Source of the DNA: Eledone cirrhosa
Taxonomy: Eukaryota
Reading direction: 5' to 3'
Assembly: GCA_964016885.1 (NCBI GenBank)
Contig: OZ024743.1
Coordinates: forward strand, 193,254,001-193,318,000
DNA: 64,000 nt
A program made the translations under genes and the position numbers. Positions within the stretch are counted from its first letter, which is position 1. Each line of letters starts with the position of its first letter. Under the pieces are notes generated by a model, which was not told the origin of the DNA, searched no databases, and worked only from the letters and a program-made list of their open reading frames with translations. Shown in pieces: positions 42,001-51,000 of the stretch.

Positions 42001-45000
42001 ATGATATGAAACTCCTTTCACCAAATATCCAAACACAAAAATGGGCTACAATAGCATTGAACCTTGTTCCCTAGCAGGCCACAGTCAACTGACTGAAATC
42101 AGTAAAGGAGTATATAAGTTTAGAGATTAAGTTTTATAAGTTTAGAGATTAAGTTTTATAAGTTTAGAGATTAAGTTTAGAGATGAAAGGGTAAACAATA
42201 CAAACCATTCTTGAGCTGCAGAGGAAGCCCAAACTGATTAAAGACATCTTTCTTCAAGATGAGATCATCAAGCTGGACAGCTCCTAAAAACAAGAAGAGA
42301 CAAATTTATATTAAGATTATGAAAATACTGTTATATTTTTTTTTTACAACATGGATAAAGTTATTTTACATCTGTGATAATTTGGTACAAAACATAAGAA
42401 AAACTAACAGTTTCTATGAACTATTAAAGCAGATGTTTTCAATAAATGTTTGAAATTTGTCAGCGAAATCATGAATAGGGAATGCAATATGATCTACTAA
42501 ATATGAATTTGTTGATTGAAAATCAATTGAGAAATTATTTACAAAACAGCAGAGCACCAGAATGATGTAGCATAAGCAAGCTGAGAAAAAAAAACTTGGC
42601 ATAAGAGAAGTTGGCTGTAGTGTGCAAGAGAGAAGGCTGCACTAGTATGGGTATATGATGTGTATGGTAGATGATAGCAATATAAAGATGTGGATGGGAC
42701 TTGTGGAAGAGGCAGACCCAGGAGGACATGGATGTGGTAGTGAAGACCAACCATAAGAAGCTGAACCTTACAACAGAGATGACAAAGGACTGCGAGCATT
42801 AGCAACATGCTGTGCTGGTAAAGACCTGCCTACCAGCATAAAATGGGACCTGATGCATCCATGTCCCCCTCTCCACACCTAATATCAATCCTTAGTAGCT
42901 ATTCTCACAATCAGTGTACACCCAACTCCATTCATGCCAATCCACAATTCAGCTCCACCCCCACAATAGCTATCCTGGATCACCTCCACCCCTCTTAAAT
43001 CCTAACATGCACACACTATCTAGGATTTCCCACCCCTTCTTCCACTCTTCCCAGGATCCCCCCTCTAAAACCCTAACTCACCAGTCATAACCCCTTAGTA
43101 GTTGTTATCACCACAATACCTTGCACACTACTGGAAGTCACCCTCCCTTCCAACTTATCGCCCTGTCAAATCCCACTACTCTACCACATTTGGTATACAC
43201 ACCTGACATACTCCTATCCTATTTGCCCCCCTTCTCCATATGATAATAGTAATAAAGGATGCTTGGTATATGGTAATATTTGTGAAGGAATGAAAGTTTT
43301 TATTCTGAAAGTCTGAAGTCTCTCAAAGACATCCAATGCCTATTTAATGTAACTTTGAATAGTGTTGTTAATACTGCTATCTTCTGAGAAAATACACTCT
43401 AGATATTTCAAATATGTCACTACGCCAGTTGTTCACTGCCAATAGTGAAATCAAGTAGAATGGGTGGGACTCTTTTACTTCATTGATAGGTTGCTTTTGC
43501 CGTAATGGTATTGACAGTTACCCCCTCCCCTTATTATGAACAGTACTAAGATCCTACTGAGTATAGCTGTTTGCATACTGTAACTCCAGTACCTGTTCTC
43601 TATAAAGTTTGGTGTTTTATGAAGTCTGCTGATGTTAAAGAAATTGCTATCTCATCTGAAGTTTACACTACATCACTGCTTGTGAAAAAGCTTTCTGTTA
43701 AAAAAGCAAGCACTGTCTGACACCTGTGCATACACAGAAGGGTTCAGATTGCTGCTCTATGGTCAACCAAGCAGTTACTCCAATGTAGAACTGACAAAGG
43801 ATATTAGAAAATTTACTGAGCTAGCTGAACCAGAAGAGGACATCCCATAAGAACCTGGAGTTGCAAAGCTGAGGAGTCTCATATTCACTGTAATTCTGTT
43901 CTTAAATTGACATTATGATTCAGGAAGAATTGACATTGACTTTGTGGAACTGCAGGTGACCTTTTGACCTTTGTTCTTATAAATCACATCTCTCCATTGC
44001 ACTTTGATGCTCTTATCAATGCAAGCCTTCGTGATATACTGTTAAATGATGCACATACACACTTAGTTCCTCTTTTCATCTTCTATTAAGGAGGCTAGCC
44101 AGTAGTAGCAAAAGCTGAAAGCAGAGAACAGCAAGCAGAGAACACAATGCAGCATGCACCAACTAAAAGCACTAATAGACCACTGCACCAGACGCTTCAC
44201 AACCACCCATATGTGCACATACACACACAACCAGACATATTTGCAAATACACATTCTGAAGCAACAAAACTATAAATAATTGGCCCTGATATTAGCAGTA
44301 GCAGGTTAGGCAAGTGATAGAATGCTATCAAGGTAGAAAAAAATATAATATACATAATACTGTAATACTGTCAACTAAGAGTTGGAGGGATAAAAAAACA
44401 ACTAATAAATGAATAAAAAAAAATAATAAAATAGAAATAATGGGAATGAGGCTTGAAAGATGTACACATAGAATGTGCTTTTGTGTTTCCAAGGGAACAT
44501 TTATGGGCCTTTAATCCTTTAGTAAAAGTGAAGTTTGAAATGGTTAACTATAGTGTGGGTTTAAATAAATGGCTACCTATGCCTACATACATCAGAGTTT
44601 GTAATATAAATGAAATGAAATTAACATCAAGATTAAGAATAAAGAACAGTGAATACAGTTATAAATAGGAACTGAATTCAGGCATTCTAAAAATGAAGCA
44701 GTGGGTGGCAGCTCAGTTCGAAAAGTAGTTGAAGATGAAAACGACAATGATAGTGAAAGAGAGAAGACAACACTCATATTCAGTGCGTGTGAGTTTGTGT
44801 GTGTGTGTGTGCATGAGTGTGCATTTATTTAAGCAAACCCTTTCATATTGAATGCCATTCTGAATAAAAAATAAAAAAAAAATTAAACACTTTTAAAATC
44901 AATGTTCCATTTCAATATTTACAACAACAAAAAAAAAACCTTTGATATATTTCCAATATTAACTCTTTTGATTAAAAAAACTCCTGAAACTGACCTGTTT

Positions 45001-48000
45001 TTACTATACAAAACAGTTTATTTTAAAGTGTTTAATTTTGTCTAAAAACCTTCCACCATAATTAGATGTAAGAACATGTTATGTTCCAAACACCAGTTTT
45101 GATAATGAGAAAGTTATATTATTCTTGAATTATTTTCAAAATTATTTGAAAATATTTGGCAGTATCTTTCATTAGAAATATGGCCACAAATGCCATAGCC
45201 CTGTTCCAACCCCTTTGATTCAACACTAATCTATCAGTTTTCCAAGCATTATAGTTCTTCAACAAATAGGAATGCGGTTGTTAGCATACACAAGTTTTCT
45301 TTACAATAAGATGCTAATGGTTCAACAACTAATCAGAAAAATAGATGTGGATAACAACTATCAACCAGAATAACTAATAGATAATGTAGTAAAAACATTA
45401 GAGTCACAAAAACCTAATGGTTTGTGTTGACAAAATTCAGTTCAATAAACTTATCATCATCATCATCACCGTCCATTCTTCATGCTAGCATGGGTTAGAC
45501 AAGTTGTCTTGTGAGCAATCCCAGGTCAGGTGATCGTGTGTTGCTCATACAGAACTGATTTTGGCTTGGTTTATATGGTTGGATGCCCTTCCTAACACCA
45601 ACCTCATTTACAGTGAGTACTGGGTGCTTTTTACCATGGTGTCTATACAACCACATTACAGTGTGGACTGGGTGATTTTTTTGTCGTGACACCTACACGA
45701 CCACTTTACAGTGGGAAGGGGGTGGGGGAATACTGTCTAAATGCTTCAGCTTTGGCTTGTACCCGTGAGAACTCGGGTCTTCTGTATTACTGCGTAACAC
45801 CAGAGGTCTCAGTTCTGTGTCATCACCTTTGAGAGGTGCAATTGGGCAATATCAGCTTTTATCACCTCATCTGAGGTCTTCTTGGGTCTCCCACTCCAAG
45901 GCTTCCATCGACTTTTAGCGCTCTGCACCTTTTTATGCTACTGTCATCCTTCATACGCATCACATGTCCATACCAACGTAATCTCCTCTCCTGCACACAG
46001 CATTTATGCTTTGCTGTTCACATATGTTACTATTACACATCTATCCGAGTATGCAAGCTTCATTTCTTTCTAATCTACGCAAGTCCACAACACCCAGGTC
46101 ATAGTACCATGCAACATTGCTGTTCGTATGCACATATCTGCCTTTCATTTTGAGGGAAAAGCCTTTTGCAGCTAACAGTGGTAGTAGCTCCCTGAACTTC
46201 TTCTATCCCGTTCTTACACTGGTTACTGTACTTTCAGAACACCCACTTCCATTGCTAATTCAGTCACCTAGGTAGCAGAAGCTGTCTACTGTTTCTACCG
46301 AGCCTTCCCACAATTTGGTAGTGCTTGTTTCCTGTGGCCATTTGCTACTTACTGTTCCAAACCCATGCAAGCGTGGAAGATGGACATTAAACGATGATGA
46401 TGTTCCGGTGCAACTGCTACATGTAAAGCCTACATTCTTAGCTAACTTTCCTGAGATCCCATTACATCACTTGTGTACCCATACTTTGCATTTAGGGCAG
46501 AGGATGGAATTTCTACCTACACCTTTCCTACATACTGAGCAAGGCCATTTTCCTGAGGGGATCTGGGTTCTGTTTTCTCCTCTACTTATGAGAATAGAAT
46601 AAATTTGTATACTGAAACGAACAGAGGTTTAACATTTTCAAGGTATGAAGGTTGAAATATAGATATATAGAGGAAAAATGTATGAATGATGTAAGTGGTA
46701 CTGTCAAAGTAGAGAGGGTAGCAGTGCCTCATAAATTTGTGGTTTTGTGCCTATGTTAGAAAGAACAACTTCCTACTTAGGTATTTTATATTTGTCAGTG
46801 GCTATCGACATTTAACCCTTTAGCATTTAAACCAGCTGTATCCAGCCAGAATTCTCTCATCTCTTTCTGTTCAAACCAGTTGTAACCAGCCACACATACT
46901 GATGTATGTGTTATCAATATAAATAATATCAACATCTCATAGATTCGATATTATGTGAAATAATTAGGTGAGGCAAAGCATTTACCGTGAAAATATGTAG
47001 TAAATATAGAGTAATGTAAATGCTAAGGGGTTAAGATGAACTTAGAGGGATTAATGCAGTAAAAGATGACTTTGAAAGCTGTGGCTAGCAGTTGGAAAGA
47101 AACACGGGATGAGTGGATATCTGTAGAGGAAAGATTAGATAAAGTACTGTACTAAGAAAGAATAGTAACACACAGATGATGTATGACAGAGGAAAGGTGG
47201 CAAACAAGTTGAGGAGTTTTCGGTAATAGTGGGATAGAGTCATTGTGTTTGCAAGCTATTGCTATTACAGATAGAATTTACATAAAGATAGAGCTCAACA
47301 GTGGTTCAATGTTTGGATTGGAACAATGCTTTATTGCACACAGTCTAGTATGTGAGTGGGTGATGAGTGCATTGTACCAAATATGTGAACAATATCTATT
47401 GTAAGACATATTTTGTGTCAGCAACTAGTCAAGGTTGAAAAAGATACTATTCATCACCAGGCTAATATTTGGAAAATATTGATGAGTTGTTTATCCAGTC
47501 TAGAATAGGTTACTACACTCTGCATGTCATAAGAAGCAACTGAAGGGGTTGGCATCAGGAAGGGAATCCAGCTGTAAAACATTGCCTCAAAAAGTCCCGC
47601 CTAATGCCAACATGAAAACGTCAACATGATGATGATGATATGGACTTCAGGCAAAGAATCTTCCACTGTTTTTTTTTATAAAATGCATTGTTTGAGTGAG
47701 AGGAGAATGAGAAAGAAAGATATTCAACAATATTCTAGAGTAAAGTATTTGTAACCTTTGCAACAGAAACAAATACTTAAAGTTCTATTTAGAGTACTGA
47801 AATAAACAGTTTCATCTTTGTACATTGGTGAAATGTAAAAATGAAGGATGTGTCCCAGTCTATCTTCCATATACAAAAGAGAAACATTTTGGTAGCATCC
47901 ACTTTCATGCCAATACTTCAAAGGTTAGGAAATGTTATAATAAACAGAACATCATGTGACAACTGTAAAAAGCAACCAACTTTTTAGAAATCAAAAATGC

Positions 48001-51000
48001 AACATACATTGTAACAATTCTTTTATACATTGTCTGCAACAATGTATGAAAATATATGAGACCATATTCATTAAGGTTCTAGGGATTTAAAAAAAAACAA
48101 ATGCTATGATATCCAGTCTTTAAATTATAACTGCTTTATAAATTCTTTCTCAAATTGGCACCAGTCCAGCAATTTGGAGTGGGGAAAATTCTATTATATC
48201 AACCCCAGTAACTCACTGGTTTAAGACCAAGAGCTGGAGAAGATTACAATCTCAGTGGGATTTAACCTGAAACTGCATAGTTGTGAAGTGAAACACATGG
48301 CCATGCTCATTCCTATAATTTGCCAATGTAATAAATTATAAAAATACTGCATATTTGTTTATTGCAGGTTACAACCTTCAAGATAATATTTTTACATACA
48401 TGCTAATATCTTACTACAATGACTTTGTTTCTCTTATCTCATGAACTGTAGGTCACTTCCTCTCAACATTAAGTCATTATGATTGTGTTTGGCAACATGT
48501 GACAATCTGCTCAGGTAAGCAAATGAAATGGTATGTGTTTGAAGGACAGTAGCCTTGCATAATGATGCAATCTCTTTCAAAATAAAATCTAACAAATTTG
48601 AAAAAAGTTTAAGCCATTATTAGTTTATTCGAAAAGGTTAATGTTCAGGTACTCGGTAAAAAAAAAAAAAATGTTGGTGCCATGAGAAAAGAACCCAGTC
48701 CCCCTTTTTGAGTGGTAGTGACAATGCTATGATAAAATACACCTGGTACACACAATGAAGTGGTTAACATTAGGAAGGGCATTCAGCTGTAAAATCTATA
48801 CCAAAATGGAATGTATGAGCAAAATGCAGTCATCTTGCTCAAACATTCTATTTTGTCATGTCAAGCTTCAGAATGTGATAACCTGTCTAACCCAAGAAAA
48901 CATGGAAAATAGATGTAAAACAGTGATGATGATATGATAGGTCTAATAGTTTACAAAACTATGAAACAAGCAAACAATAAATAAAAAAAAAGATTATAAG
49001 GTAAGCAAAGGCTACCTTGCTTCTGAGGAAGAAATGTCACTGACTGTACTTCACTCCTCGAATATTATACTCTACCTAATCCTCATGTGTTAACTGTTAT
49101 CCTCTGGAATTCTTTGTATCTTCCCACCCAGTACCAGGTTACAACAGTTTAAAATGAACATTAATATTACTAATCCCAACTATATTCATTTACGTAAAAG
49201 AAAAGCCTAAAATATCTACAGGCCACATCGCTTTGGCTAAACTTGTAATTGATTATGTATGAATTACAGATATTGTTTGTTTCAGACAGTTTTACTGATT
49301 AACTCAAGATATTTAGAGTAGACTTCATGAAGTCAGTTTATAAGTATAGCTTCGTTAAAGGTCATTAACTTTAACAGCATTTAGGGAATAAAAGACATAG
49401 TAAACAGAAGCAATAAACTTGATATTTTCAACATATCAAATTAATATAGATTTATTGATTTGAAATTAACATAGTGTTCTCAATTAAAAAAGTATTCCAA
49501 TAGTTAAAAGATAGTTTTAGTCACACTACAGAAATAATAATAAGCAAGAGAATTTAAATAGTATTCAGAAACATTTTTTAAAAGCAATATCATGGGAAAA
49601 AAAAAAGATTAGAAAATTCTAGCTTATTTTAATTGAAATTAAAATAAGCTATCAGTAAGAGCAAGAGGCAATGGAAACATTTCTTGAAAAGTTTACTTAT
49701 AGCAAAAAAAAAAAAAAAAAAAAAAAAAATCGCCAGCAACTTGGCATGTTCGGCAACTATCCCAGGCTTCACTGCTCGCCCGTCTGAAGAGGGCAAACTA
49801 TCAAAATATTGGTCGCTCTCAGATAGGTTGGTGGTTGAACCTGTAGCAGTGGAGACTTCCGGCATTCTTGACCCCCGAACCACATCCTTATCCACTACTA
49901 TTGGGGTGGATTTGCCATCCTCTGGGAGTTCAAAACTTGCTTTAGTCATTAGCTTGTTTGTCAGTTTTACAAGCTGAAAGTGTCATTTCTACTTTTCTGT
50001 TGTATGGTAAGAAGTAGTAAGGATATTAAGCTATAAAAAGCACTTGCAGTCACAAGTCAAAAAGGAGGACTTTTATGAGGTTGTTCAGCCTACCAGAAAT
50101 AGTAGCCACATTGGACAGTGCAATTCTAGATATGCAAATGGAAGGGAACGTCAAGGCTGGAATGTCTTTGATCATAAGTCTACTTGATCAGAGCTAGCCA
50201 GTGACAGAGACGACCATTTATAATAATGAAATTATTGTGTAAAGTGCTCAGGTGCACTACAACTCGTCAAAGGTATAGCACATAGAATAATACACAAATG
50301 TCAGGGAAGTACATGTGTGTATGTGTTAGCTGTAGTGTTGGCGGATCTCGGGAAGCATGGAGGCCTTAAAGGATGCAGTGTCTCGACAGCTAACAACTGA
50401 TGCAGGTAGTTTGTTCCATGCTTCAGCAACTCTGAGCGTGAAAAAATGTTTCCGAAAGTCATGGGAACTGTGCTGTTTTCTTACTTTGTGGGCATGTCCA
50501 CGTGTGTTAGACACATGGAAATCAAAAAAGTACTCAGGGTTGTTGTTGGCAACATGGATAACAATTTTGTGTCAGTTGCCAGGCGTCGGAGCTTCAATGT
50601 ATCCATGCCCAGGGAAGCAAGGCGCTCAGAGTATGGTAGATGCCTGATGGAGGGTATTCGCTTGGTTGCACGTCTCTGAACAAGATAGGGGTTCCAGACT
50701 GGTGATGCAAATTCTAAGTGTGGTCGCACGATAGCCATGTACAGCCTTAAATAGATATCTGGAGAGCGGCTGACAACAAAGGTCTTGCTGAGTGATGCTA
50801 AGACACACTCGGCCCTCTTGACAATTTTAGAGACGTGCTTCGTCCACCGCAAATCGCTGCTGACCGTAATGCCCAGATCACGTTCACAAGAAGACTTCTT
50901 GATATTAGTGCTGTGGAGGGAGTATGTGGACACTGGGTTTTTACTCCCAAAATGCATGGTGGTGCACTTGTCCACAGCTAGCTTGAGTTGCCAGTCTGAG

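Noticed and set aside
43260-44060. Possible decayed coding sequence
   Set aside because: Composition looks coding-like with a faint RG.P.RTW resemblance, but I could not recover a consistent frame or family
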